A stretch of DNA of 64,000 bases, taken from an uncultured delta proteobacterium. GTDB lineage: Bacteria; Desulfobacterota; Syntrophia; Syntrophales; Fen-1087. Positions 42,579 to 53,207 of the stretch are shown piece after piece. A program made the position numbers and the translations under genes. Location of the stretch: positions 78,858 to 142,857 of the forward strand of contig CAVPWE010000007.1 in NCBI GenBank assembly GCA_963709485.1, read 5' to 3'. The notes beneath the pieces were generated by a model. The model worked only from the letters and a program-made list of their open reading frames with translations. It was not told where the DNA came from and searched no databases. Each line of letters starts with the position of its first letter. The stretch's first letter is position 1.

Positions 42579-43193
42579 GTGCTGAACAAAATCAAATGGC
42601 TCGGTCACTCGAGCGTCAGGATCGATGCGGAAAAGATCATCTACATCGATCCCTGGAAGATCAAGGGCGGCCCGAAAGCCGACCTGATCCTGATCAGCCA
42701 CAGCCACGGGGACCACCTGTCTCCGGACGATGTCGAAAAAATTCAAAAGGAGGAAACGGTCATTGTCGCGGCGGCGGATGCAGCGGCACTGCTGAGCGGG
42801 GACGTGCGGGCACTGAAGCCCGGCGATCAGGTGACCGTTCCGGGGGTGACCGTTCGGGCCGTTCCGGCCTATAATATCAACAAGTCCTTTCATCCGAAGG
42901 CCAATAACTGGATCGGTTTCCTCGTCACGGTCGGGAGTAAAACCATCTATTACGGCGGCGATACCGACCTTATTCCTGAAATGAAGGACATCGTGGCGGA
43001 TATCCTGATCCTGCCGGTCGGAGGCACTTACACGATGACCGCGAAGGAGGCGGCGGAAGCCGCGAACCTGATCCGGCCGGAAGCCGCCATCCCGATCCAT
43101 TACGGCGATATTGTCGGCACGTCGGCCGATGCCATGCAATTCAAGAAACTCTGCAAGGCGCCGGTGGAAATCAAGACAGCCGTCACCGGTTAG
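42579..43193 (+). CDS. MBL-fold metallo-hydrolase
   Basis: The 204-aa product has WLGHSSVRID...ISHSHGDHLSPDD (HxHxDH motif). Confidence 0.8.
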   Translation: MLNKIKWLGHSSVRIDAEKIIYIDPWKIKGGPKADLILISHSHGDHLSPDDVEKIQKEETVIVAAADAAALLSGDVRALKPGDQVTVPGVTVRAVPAYNINKSFHPKANNWIGFLVTVGSKTIYYGGDTDLIPEMKDIVADILILPVGGTYTMTAKEAAEAANLIRPEAAIPIHYGDIVGTSADAMQFKKLCKAPVEIKTAVTG

Positions 43194-43449
43194 GTAATTG
43201 CATTCCCGGGTTGTGTGTCTGCGTCTGCGGCGAACCAAATATTTTTCGCCTTGCCGAATTCAGGTGAAAAGCTTTCTGCAGATCGTTATCCCGCGTGTCC
43301 GTTACTGATGCAGCCATTATTCCTCAGCAGTGGCGCCGCCGTTTCTGGGCCTGTTCCGGTCCTCACCCATGTCAGTAAAGGAATGTTCTTGACAAGATAT
43401 GTTTGGTATGCAAAATATATGCATGCAAAGCACACGAAAGGGCACGACG

Positions 43450-43971
43450 ATGGTACAAGATGACCGTTTGATTTTTCTCCTTTTTTCGGCCCAGCAGAAG
43501 CTGAAAGTCTACTTGAACGGCGTCCTTTCGGCCACCGGTGTCAGGATTACGGTCGCCCAGGCGGGGATCCTGTTCCTGCTGAAGCAGAAGGACGGCCGCA
43601 GCATGACGGAACTGAGCCAGATTCTCGGGATCGACAACTCGACCATGACGGGGCTCACGGACCGCCTGGAGAAGGCCGGCTTTCTTGAGCGGCATGCCAG
43701 TCCCAATGACCGTCGCGCCTCGCACATTCACATCACGCCGCAGGGTCTCAAGGAAGCGGAAGGCGCAAAGCGTGTGATCCGGCAGGTCAACGATGAGATC
43801 AAGAGTGGTTTTTCCGGCGAAGACGTGGAGGCCTTCAAGCGGGTCCTCAACGGCTTCTTTCCCAAATTCAACCGAAACGGCAGCGCGAAGGGCCAGGCGA
43901 CGCCATCGGTTTCCCCACCGGCTGCGGAAAGCAGCGGAGGGGAACGCGGTGCCGGCAGGGAGGGAAACTGA
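43450..43971 (+). CDS. MarR-family transcriptional regulator
   Basis: This is the internal ATG of ORF 43399..43971. The winged-HTH region is RSMTELSQILGIDNSTMTGLTDRLEKAGFLERHASPNDRRASHIHITPQG. Confidence 0.8.
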   Translation: MVQDDRLIFLLFSAQQKLKVYLNGVLSATGVRITVAQAGILFLLKQKDGRSMTELSQILGIDNSTMTGLTDRLEKAGFLERHASPNDRRASHIHITPQGLKEAEGAKRVIRQVNDEIKSGFSGEDVEAFKRVLNGFFPKFNRNGSAKGQATPSVSPPAAESSGGERGAGREGN

Positions 43972-43973
43972 AT

Positions 43974-45106
43974 ATGGCGACACTTCTCGATTCGCGACTG
44001 ACAGCGCTGCAGGACAGCGTCGCCCGTTTTGCGGAAGCGGAGGCGGTTTCCCGTTTGCAGGGGAGCGATGTTTTCCCCTGGACCTCTGGCGGAAGATGGG
44101 CGAGGCGAAACTCCTGGGTCTTGGACTTCCCGACGCTTACGGCGGGTCCGATGGCGGCTGGCTTTCCATCCAGGCGGCCACCGAGGCCTTTGTCCGCCGG
44201 AGTCAAAATATGGGAATGGCCCTTTCCTGGCTGATTCACCTCATTGTCGCCCGTTTTGCCCTGCTGGGTTTCGGCACCAGCCGGCAGATCGAACAATGGC
44301 TGCCGAGGCTGGCCGCAGGGGAAACGACCCTGTCCCTGGCGATTTCCGAGCCCCGCACCGGGGCCCATCCCAGATATCTGAAGACAATGGCCACCCGCCG
44401 GGACGATGACTGGGTCCTGACCGGTGAAAAATCCTTTCTCACCAACGGACCGCTGGCCGGCCTCTTTATCGTGCTCGCCGTCACGGCGACCGACGGTGAG
44501 AAGAAACAACTGACCGCCTTTATGGTTCCCCGGAAGACTCCCGGACTTTCCCTGACCGATCCGATCCGCCTCGATTTTCTCAAACCTTCTCCCCATTGCG
44601 GAATCCGGCTCGACAATTGCGCCGTTCCTTCCGATCAGATCCTGGGCGATCCGGGTTCCGCCTTCGAAAAAATATCGAAGCCTTTTCGGGAACTGGAGGA
44701 TGTCCTGCTCATGGGGCCCGTCGCGGGCGGCATGGCGGCCCAGTTGTCAATTCTGGCAGCACTGCTTGAACGGCAGGACATCCGGACAACGGACGCGTTG
44801 ACAGCGGCAGCGGGAGAATTGCAGGCCCGGCTCGACGCGCTGAGAATCCAGGCCTATGAAGCGGCCGCCATGCTCGACAGCGGCCGCAGCCATCCCGAAT
44901 TCCAGTCGCTCCTGCTCTCGTTCCGGTTTCAGGCCCGGCATTTTCAGTCCGTTCTGGCGGGGCTTCTCGAGCAGGCGGGGATGGGGGCCGATCCGGCGCT
45001 GGCGGCGCTGACGAAGGATCTGCTCATGACCGTCGGCGTGGCGGAAAACGTCGCGCTCATCAAACAGCGAAAAATCGGGGAAGCGATTCTCCTTCGGAAA
45101 GGATGA
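43974..45106 (+). CDS. Acyl-CoA dehydrogenase family protein, N-terminus in a different frame (break at C4 run 44075-44078)
   Basis: ORF 43974..44234 gives MATLLDSRLTALQDSVARFAEAEAVSRLQGSDVFP. ORF 43793..45106 continues as LDLWRKMGEAKLLGLGLPDAYGG... through an ACAD-like body. Adding one C joins them into a typical ACAD N-terminus. Confidence 0.75.
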
Positions 45107-46062
45107 CAGCCATGCAGACCCATCACGACGAAAAATTCTCCTCCCCCGAAAAAATCCGCCGGGGATTTCAGGAGCAGGGGTTCATCGCCAGCCGCCAGAT
45201 CGTGACCACCACCTATCTGGCCTATCACCTGGGCAAGCCGCTGCTCGTGGAGGGGCCGGCGGGCGTCGGAAAAACGGAGCTGGCCAAGACCACCGCGGCG
45301 TTTCTCGATCTGCCCCTGATCCGGCTCCAGTGCTACGAGGGGCTGGACGAATCGAAGGCGCTCTACGAATGGAAGTACGGAAAGCAGCTGCTCTACACGC
45401 AGCTCCTCAAGGACAAGCTGGACAGCATCATCGACCGGAAGAACGGTTTCGCCGAGTCGATCAACAAGCTGCACCGCTATGACGACATCTTCTTCTCCCG
45501 CCACTTTCTGGAACCCCGGCCGCTTCTGAAGGCCCTGCAGCAGGAGGGGGGCGCCGTTCTCCTGGTGGATGAGATCGACAAGTCCGACGATGAATTCGAG
45601 GCCTTTCTGCTGGAGATCCTCTCCGACTTTCAGGTATCCATTCCCGAAATCGGCACCGTCCAGGCCGTTACGAAACCCGTTGTCTTCCTCACCAGCAACA
45701 ACACCCGGGAGCTCAGCGAGGCCCTCAAACGGCGCTGCCTGCATCTCTTCATTCCCTTCCCGGAAGCGGCCCTGGAAAGAAATATCGTCCGCATCCGGGT
45801 GCCCGGCATTTCGGAAACGCTCGGCCATCAGCTGGTCTCCTTCGTTCAGGCGGTGAGGCAACTGGACATCCGGAAGGTCCCCTCCATCAGCGAGACCATC
45901 GACTGGGCGCGGGTCCTGCTGATCCTCCATGCGGAGGCGCTGAACCACGATCTGGTGCGGGACACCCTGAACATCTTTCTCAAGTTTGAAGAGGATATTG
46001 CCGTGGTCCGGGAGCGGCTGCCGCAGCTCACAACCAGCGCCGTCCGGTCGTGGGGAGGCTGA
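45103..46062 (+). CDS. MoxR/CoxD-like AAA+ ATPase
   Basis: The 319-aa product has Walker A (GPAGVGKTELA) and Walker B (LLVDEIDK) motifs and matches the AAA_5-type pattern. Confidence 0.85.
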   Translation: MTAMQTHHDEKFSSPEKIRRGFQEQGFIASRQIVTTTYLAYHLGKPLLVEGPAGVGKTELAKTTAAFLDLPLIRLQCYEGLDESKALYEWKYGKQLLYTQLLKDKLDSIIDRKNGFAESINKLHRYDDIFFSRHFLEPRPLLKALQQEGGAVLLVDEIDKSDDEFEAFLLEILSDFQVSIPEIGTVQAVTKPVVFLTSNNTRELSEALKRRCLHLFIPFPEAALERNIVRIRVPGISETLGHQLVSFVQAVRQLDIRKVPSISETIDWARVLLILHAEALNHDLVRDTLNIFLKFEEDIAVVRERLPQLTTSAVRSWGG

Positions 46063-47411
46063 GCGTGGACAGGATTCTGAGCGATTTCATCGTCTCGCTC
46101 CGCCATGCCGGCGTCCGCATATCCGTATCGGAGACCCTGGACGCCCTGCACGCCGTGCGTCTCGTCGGTTACGGAGAACGGGACGTCCTGCGGGACTCCC
46201 TCCTGGCCGCACTCCCCAAATCGGCGCGTGAGAAGGAGATTTTTATCCGGTGCTTCGATCATTTCTTTTCCTGCGATTACTTTGCCGATGCCGATTCCAT
46301 TGCGGAACCGGCAATATCGCCCGTCAGGCCGGCAACGGATTCTCCGCTCCGCCAGGCGCTCCTCTCCGGGGATCAGGCGGCACTTGTGATGGCCATGCGG
46401 GAAGCGGCCAGGGACGCCGGACTTCCGGACATCCAATTCTTTACGCAACGGAGCATGTTCACCCTGCGGATCCTGGACCGGATGGGCCTGCCCGCGCTGG
46501 ATGCCCAGCTCCAGGCCATGCAGGCCTCCGGAGCCCCCGGATCGGCGCAGCAGGCCGCAGCCCTGGAAAAGGCAAGGACCTTTCTGGTGGACAATGTCCG
46601 GCAGTATGTGGAGCAGCAGTTAACCCTGAACACCCCCACGGCGACGGAGAACCTGCTGACGTCCTACCTGCGCCACGCCAAGCTGTCCATGCTGGAGCAG
46701 CAGCACTTTCAAGACATGCAGGTCATCATCCAGCGCATGGTCAAGCGGCTGAACGATCTTCATTCGCGAAGGCGCAAGGCTTCCCGGCGGGGACAGCTGG
46801 ACTTCAAGAAAACGCTGCGCAAGAACATCACCTATCAGGGATTCCTCTTCGATCCGAAATGGAAGAAGCGGAAGATCGAGCGGCCCGACCTGGTGGTCAT
46901 CTGCGACATCAGCCGGTCGGTCATGAGGACGGTCCGGTTTCTGCTGCTATTTCTCTACGGGCTGAACAAGGCCATCATCCGCATCAGGACGTTTATCTTC
47001 TGCTCAAATCTCATTGAAATTACCTCCATTTTTGATGAATTTCCCGTTGAGGTAGCCGTGGAAAAAATCCGCCTCGGGGCAGACCTGCCGATCCTCATGG
47101 GCCGGACCGATTACGACCAGTCTTTCCGGGATTTCAAGGCGAATCATCTGGACAGTGTCACGCGGCGCACCACCGTCATCATTCTTGGGGATGCCCGCAA
47201 CAATTATGCGGAAGCCCAGACCGGCATTCTCAAGGCCCTGTACGAGCGAAGCAAGCGGCTGATCTGGCTGAATCCGGAGACGCCTACATTCTGGGGGACA
47301 GGGGATTCGGAAATGAAGAAATACGCCCCGTTCTGCAGCGTGGTCAGGGAGTGCAACACCCTGCACCACCTGGAAGGGGTCGTCACCTCGCTTGTCCACC
47401 ACCGCCATTGA
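46050..47411 (+). CDS. VWA-domain protein (CoxE-like), partner of the MoxR ATPase
   Basis: The 453-aa ORF overlaps the MoxR stop. The MIDAS-like start of the VWA fold is VVICDISRSV. The C-terminus ...VIILGDARNNY...LIWLNPE fits CoxE-like VWA proteins. Confidence 0.75.
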   Translation: MGRLSVDRILSDFIVSLRHAGVRISVSETLDALHAVRLVGYGERDVLRDSLLAALPKSAREKEIFIRCFDHFFSCDYFADADSIAEPAISPVRPATDSPLRQALLSGDQAALVMAMREAARDAGLPDIQFFTQRSMFTLRILDRMGLPALDAQLQAMQASGAPGSAQQAAALEKARTFLVDNVRQYVEQQLTLNTPTATENLLTSYLRHAKLSMLEQQHFQDMQVIIQRMVKRLNDLHSRRRKASRRGQLDFKKTLRKNITYQGFLFDPKWKKRKIERPDLVVICDISRSVMRTVRFLLLFLYGLNKAIIRIRTFIFCSNLIEITSIFDEFPVEVAVEKIRLGADLPILMGRTDYDQSFRDFKANHLDSVTRRTTVIILGDARNNYAEAQTGILKALYERSKRLIWLNPETPTFWGTGDSEMKKYAPFCSVVRECNTLHHLEGVVTSLVHHRH

Positions 47412-47424
47412 AAGGGGGAGCATC

Positions 47425-47631
47425 ATGGACCGACGGCAATCACGCGAAGACGGGAGCGGAAAGGGTCGGGACAAGGTTTGCGGGAACTGCCTCTACCACC
47501 ACCGGGAACCGAACGAATCTCGGGAGCGCTGCTTCCGCTTCGCCCGCTTCGTGGACCACGCGCTCAATGAGGATTCCCGGGACTGCGACTACTGGACGCC
47601 GCTGTCCGATCATCCGCAGGCATCCGCCTGA
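47425..47631 (+). CDS. Small Cys-containing hypothetical protein
   Basis: This is the internal ATG of ORF 47392..47631 and follows a GGGGGAG RBS. The 68-aa product contains CGNC...C...C. No family recognised. Confidence 0.35.
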   Translation: MDRRQSREDGSGKGRDKVCGNCLYHHREPNESRERCFRFARFVDHALNEDSRDCDYWTPLSDHPQASA

Positions 47632-47755
47632 AAAAATTCCTTTCAAAAACTTGACACCGGGGAATTGATGTTTATTTTATTGCGGAATCCGTCAAGGAAA
47701 CCCGGTGTCGTCTTTTAAAAATCGAAAATATAATCTTGAAAGGAGAGGTTAAGGC

Positions 47756-48046
47756 ATGAAAATCAGACCGTTACAGGACAGAGTGATTGTAAAGCGCGTG
47801 GAGGAGGAGGAAAAGACCAAGGGGGGCATCATCATTCCCGATACCGCCAAGGAAAAGCCCATGGAGGGCCTCGTGATCGCCGTCGGTAAGGGCAAGACCA
47901 CGGAAGAAGGCAATCTGGTAAAACCGGACGTGAAAGCCGGAGACCGCATCCTTTTCAGCAAATACGCCGGCACGGAAGTCAAGATTGACGGTGTTGAGCA
48001 CCTCATCATGAGAGAAGAAGACATTCTGGGTGTCATCGAAAAATAA
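47756..48046 (+). CDS. groES: Co-chaperonin GroES
   Basis: The 96-aa product [35 protein letters not shown]... is canonical. Confidence 0.97.
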   Translation: MKIRPLQDRVIVKRVEEEEKTKGGIIIPDTAKEKPMEGLVIAVGKGKTTEEGNLVKPDVKAGDRILFSKYAGTEVKIDGVEHLIMREEDILGVIEK

Positions 48047-48080
48047 GCGATCGATCATATCATTAAGGAGGATAAAATAG

Positions 48081-49724
<1,644 letters not shown>

Positions 49725-49759
49725 GGTCACCCCGGAAGCGCACCAACCCGTGAAAATGA

Positions 49760-49794
49760 GCCCTCTGCCGATCTTCGGCGGGGGGCTTTTTTTA
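49760..49794 (+). terminator. Rho-independent terminator after groEL
   Basis: A 12-bp stem pairs GCCCTCTGCCGA with TCGGCGGGGGGC (two G-U pairs) and is followed by TTTTTTTATTT. Confidence 0.7.
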
Positions 49795-49904
49795 TTTGAA
49801 TGTGGCCCCCATCTGTGTTAGCCTGTCAAAATTCTTGAACAAATGTTCAAGGGTTCGTCAATCATCCGTTTTTTGCAGGATCATCAACTCTTAAGGAGCG
49901 TCCC

Positions 49905-52706
49905 ATGGACTACAAAGACAGTCTGAACCTTCCGAAAACCGACTTCCCCATGAAGGCCAGCCTCTCCAGAAAGGAGCCGGAAATGCTGAAAATGTGGGAG
50001 GAGATGGACATTTATAGAAAGATCAGGGATGTTTCGAAGGGCCGGGAGATCTATATCCTTCATGACGGCCCCCCCTACGCCAACGGAAACATTCACCTGG
50101 GGACAGCGCTCAACAAGATCATCAAGGACATGGTGATCAAGACCAAGAACATGACCGGTTTCGACAGCATTTACGTGCCCGGCTGGGACTGCCACGGCCT
50201 TCCCATCGAGCATCAGGTGGACAAGGAGCTGGGCGAGAAGAAAAATGATCTGTCCCAGGCGGACAAGCGCCGTTTCTGCCGGAAATACGCGGAAAAATAC
50301 GTGGACATTCAGAGAGAGCAGTTCAAGCGCCTCGGTGTCTTTGGGGAATGGTCCCACCCCTATCTGACGATGACCTACGACTACGAGGCGATCACCGTGG
50401 AGGAGTTCGGGAAGCTCTTCCTGAACGGCAGCGTCTACAAAGGCAAGAAACCCGTTTACTGGTGCGCCACCTGTAAAACCGCCCTGGCCGAGGCGGAAGT
50501 GGAATATGCGGACCACCATACGCCGTCCATTTACGTGAAGTTTCCCATGATTTCAGATATTGCGATCGTCCGCCCCAAACTGGCCGGGAGAAAGGTCAGC
50601 GTCATGATCTGGACGACGACCCCCTGGACGATTCCGGCCAACCTTGCCATTGCCTTCCACAAGGAGTTCATCTATGCGGCCGTTTCTGTCGAAGGGGAGG
50701 TCCTGATCCTCGCCAAGGACCTGCTCGACTACTGCCTCGACGCGTTCGGGTACCAGGGCAAACCCTATGAGATCGTGGACGAGTTTCCCGGCGAGGTGAT
50801 GGAGGGGCTCAAATGCCGGCACCCCCTCATCGACCGGGAGAGCGTGCTCATCCTGGCGCCATTCGTCACCCTGGAGGCCGGCACCGGCTGCGTTCACATC
50901 GCTCCGGGGCACGGTCAGGAGGACTACGAGATCGGAATGCAGTACGGCCTGGACAACTACGCACCCGTGGACGAAGACGGCAACTTCACGCCCGACGTGG
51001 CGGATTTTGCCGGTCAGTTCGTCTTCGACGCCAATGACGCCGTGAACCGGAAGTTGAAGGAGATCGGGGCGCTGATGGGCCTTGTGGACATCGAGCATTC
51101 CTACCCCCACTGCTGGCGATGCAAGCAGCCGATCATCTTCCGCTCGACGGAGCAGTGGTTCATCTCCATGGAAAGGAACGACCTCAGAAAGAACGCCCTC
51201 AAAGCCATCAACGAAGTCCAGTGGATTCCCGCGTGGGGACGGGACCGGATCTACGGCATGGTGGAAAACCGTCCGGACTGGTGCATATCCCGCCAGCGCC
51301 TGTGGGGCGTCCCGATCACCATCTTCTACTGCGCCCACTGCGGCCGGGAACTGCTGACCCGGCCCATGCTGGATCATGTCGTGGCGCTGATCCGGGAGCA
51401 TGGCGCCGATGTCTGGTTCGAGCGGGAGGCCGGGGAATTGATGCCGGCCGGGACCGTCTGCCCTCACTGCCGGAACGGCACCTTCAAGAAGGAGACAAAC
51501 ATCCTGGACGTCTGGTTTGATTCCGGGGTCAGCCATGCCGCCGTACTCGAGACCGGCAAATGGCCCGATCACCGGTCGCCTTCGGACATGTACCTGGAGG
51601 GCAGCGACCAGCACCGGGGCTGGTTCCACTCGTCCCTTCTGGAATCGGTGGGCACGCGGAACCGGGCGCCTTACCGGAGCGTCCTCACCCACGGATTCGT
51701 GGTGGACGGCGAAGGGAAGAAGATGTCCAAATCGGTGGGAAACGTCATCGATTCGCAGGAGATCATCGACCAGTACGGGGCGGAGATTCTGCGGCTCTGG
51801 GTGGCGGCCGAGGACTACACGATGGACATCCGGATTTCCGGCGAGATTCTGAAGCGGCTCGTTGAGGCCTACCGCCGCATCCGCAACACCAGCCGCTACA
51901 TTCTGGGGAACCTCTACGATTTCGACTGCCGGAAGGACGCCGTTCCGCTGGAGGGCATGGAGGAGATTGACCGATGGGCCCTGCACCGGCTTCAGGAAGT
52001 GATCCGGCGGGTCCGGGATGCCTATGACCGGTATCAGTTCCACATGGTGTACTACACCCTCTACAACTTCTGCACCGTGGACCTGAGCGCCCTCTATCTG
52101 GATGTGCTCAAGGACCGGCTCTATACGGCCAAAGCAGCCTCGCCGGCGCGGCGGTCCGGCCAGACGGCCATGTTCCGCATTCTCGAGGCGATGACCCGCC
52201 TGCTGGCCCCCATGCTGACCTTCACGGCGGAAGAGATCTGGGCGGCGCTGCCGCCTTTCCCGGGGAAGGCGGCGAGCGTTCATTTGGCCTGTTTCCCGGA
52301 AGTCGACGAGGCCTGCCTCAACGCGGCCCTCGGCGAGCGATGGAAAACCCTGATTGGCGTAAAGGGGGAGATTTCCAAGGCGATCGAGATCGCGCGGAAG
52401 AACAAGGTGGTGGGGCATCCCCTCGATGCCGCCGTCGCCGTGCATCCGCCGGAAAAGCTCAGGCCTTTCCTGGAGGCGCATGCGGAGGATCTCAGGTCGC
52501 TGCTCATTGTTTCGCAGGTGGCGTTCGTGGAGCGGAAGGATTTTATCGTCGAACCCTTCACCAGCACGGAGTTCGAGGGCCTGACCATCGGCGTGTCCAG
52601 GGCTTCCGGACGGAAGTGCAACCGGTGCTGGATCTATAGCGAAAGCGTCGGCGTCAACCCGAAACACCCCGCGGTCTGCGAAAGGTGCATGAAAAGCCTT
52701 GAATAG
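49905..52706 (+). CDS. ileS: Isoleucyl-tRNA synthetase
   Basis: The 933-aa product has a HIGH-type motif (PPYANGNIHLGTAL), KMSKS (GKKMSKSVGN) and a C-terminal zinc-binding CNRC...CERC. Confidence 0.97.
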   Translation: MDYKDSLNLPKTDFPMKASLSRKEPEMLKMWEEMDIYRKIRDVSKGREIYILHDGPPYANGNIHLGTALNKIIKDMVIKTKNMTGFDSIYVPGWDCHGLPIEHQVDKELGEKKNDLSQADKRRFCRKYAEKYVDIQREQFKRLGVFGEWSHPYLTMTYDYEAITVEEFGKLFLNGSVYKGKKPVYWCATCKTALAEAEVEYADHHTPSIYVKFPMISDIAIVRPKLAGRKVSVMIWTTTPWTIPANLAIAFHKEFIYAAVSVEGEVLILAKDLLDYCLDAFGYQGKPYEIVDEFPGEVMEGLKCRHPLIDRESVLILAPFVTLEAGTGCVHIAPGHGQEDYEIGMQYGLDNYAPVDEDGNFTPDVADFAGQFVFDANDAVNRKLKEIGALMGLVDIEHSYPHCWRCKQPIIFRSTEQWFISMERNDLRKNALKAINEVQWIPAWGRDRIYGMVENRPDWCISRQRLWGVPITIFYCAHCGRELLTRPMLDHVVALIREHGADVWFEREAGELMPAGTVCPHCRNGTFKKETNILDVWFDSGVSHAAVLETGKWPDHRSPSDMYLEGSDQHRGWFHSSLLESVGTRNRAPYRSVLTHGFVVDGEGKKMSKSVGNVIDSQEIIDQYGAEILRLWVAAEDYTMDIRISGEILKRLVEAYRRIRNTSRYILGNLYDFDCRKDAVPLEGMEEIDRWALHRLQEVIRRVRDAYDRYQFHMVYYTLYNFCTVDLSALYLDVLKDRLYTAKAASPARRSGQTAMFRILEAMTRLLAPMLTFTAEEIWAALPPFPGKAASVHLACFPEVDEACLNAALGERWKTLIGVKGEISKAIEIARKNKVVGHPLDAAVAVHPPEKLRPFLEAHAEDLRSLLIVSQVAFVERKDFIVEPFTSTEFEGLTIGVSRASGRKCNRCWIYSESVGVNPKHPAVCERCMKSLE

Positions 52707-53205
52707 GAAAAAATACACTCCCTTCGGTGTGACCGCCGCCCTGGTCCTCCTGTTCGATCAGGCGACCAAAGTCTATATCGATGCGTCGATGCCGCTCCAC
52801 GATTCCATTGCCGTCATTCCGGGCTTCTTCAGCATCACCCATGTCCGCAATCCCGGGGCGGCCTTCGGTTTCCTGGCCGGCGCCTCGCCGCTGTTCCGAA
52901 ATATTTTCTTTGTCGGCGTGACCGTGGCGGCAATTCTCCTGATCCTCCATTATCTCCGCACAAGCAAGGCCCAAGATCGGCTCCTGGCCTTTTCCCTCTC
53001 GCTCATCCTGGCCGGCGCGGTCGGCAATCTCATCGACCGGATCCGCTTCGGGGAAGTGATCGACTTTCTCGATGTCTATGTCGGCTCCCACCACTGGCCC
53101 GCTTTCAATGTGGCGGACTCGGCCATTTCCGTGGGCGCCGTCATCCTGTTTATCGAACTGCTCCGGAGCGACAAGGAGAGGAACAGCGACCCCAAGGGCT
53201 CATAG
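52699..53205 (+). CDS. lspA: Lipoprotein signal peptidase (signal peptidase II)
   Basis: The 168-aa ORF has a TTG start overlapping the ileS stop and follows the conserved ileS-lspA order. It contains the motifs NPGAAFG and FNVADSAISVG. Confidence 0.9.
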   Translation: MNRKKYTPFGVTAALVLLFDQATKVYIDASMPLHDSIAVIPGFFSITHVRNPGAAFGFLAGASPLFRNIFFVGVTVAAILLILHYLRTSKAQDRLLAFSLSLILAGAVGNLIDRIRFGEVIDFLDVYVGSHHWPAFNVADSAISVGAVILFIELLRSDKERNSDPKGS

Positions 53206-53207
53206 CC

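Noticed and set aside
42576-43238. 220-aa minus-strand ORF overlapping the MBL hydrolase gene.
   Set aside because: The plus-strand product has the HxHxDH motif and a typical MBL N-terminus. The minus-strand ORF is a shadow.
50553-52718. 721-aa ORF on the minus strand, the longest of many long antisense ORFs. Others include 10495-12147, 33197-34567, 35299-36192, 36297-37121, 39357-40379, 44944-45948, 48678-49730, 53076-54527, 59140-60441 and 60793-61917.
   Set aside because: Each one lies exactly opposite a gene with unmistakable conserved motifs (ileS, transposase, purA, serA, serC, MoxR, groEL, trkH, dctM, dctP). Their products are Arg/Gly/Pro/Asp-rich and low in complexity. These are typical shadow ORFs of GC-rich DNA.
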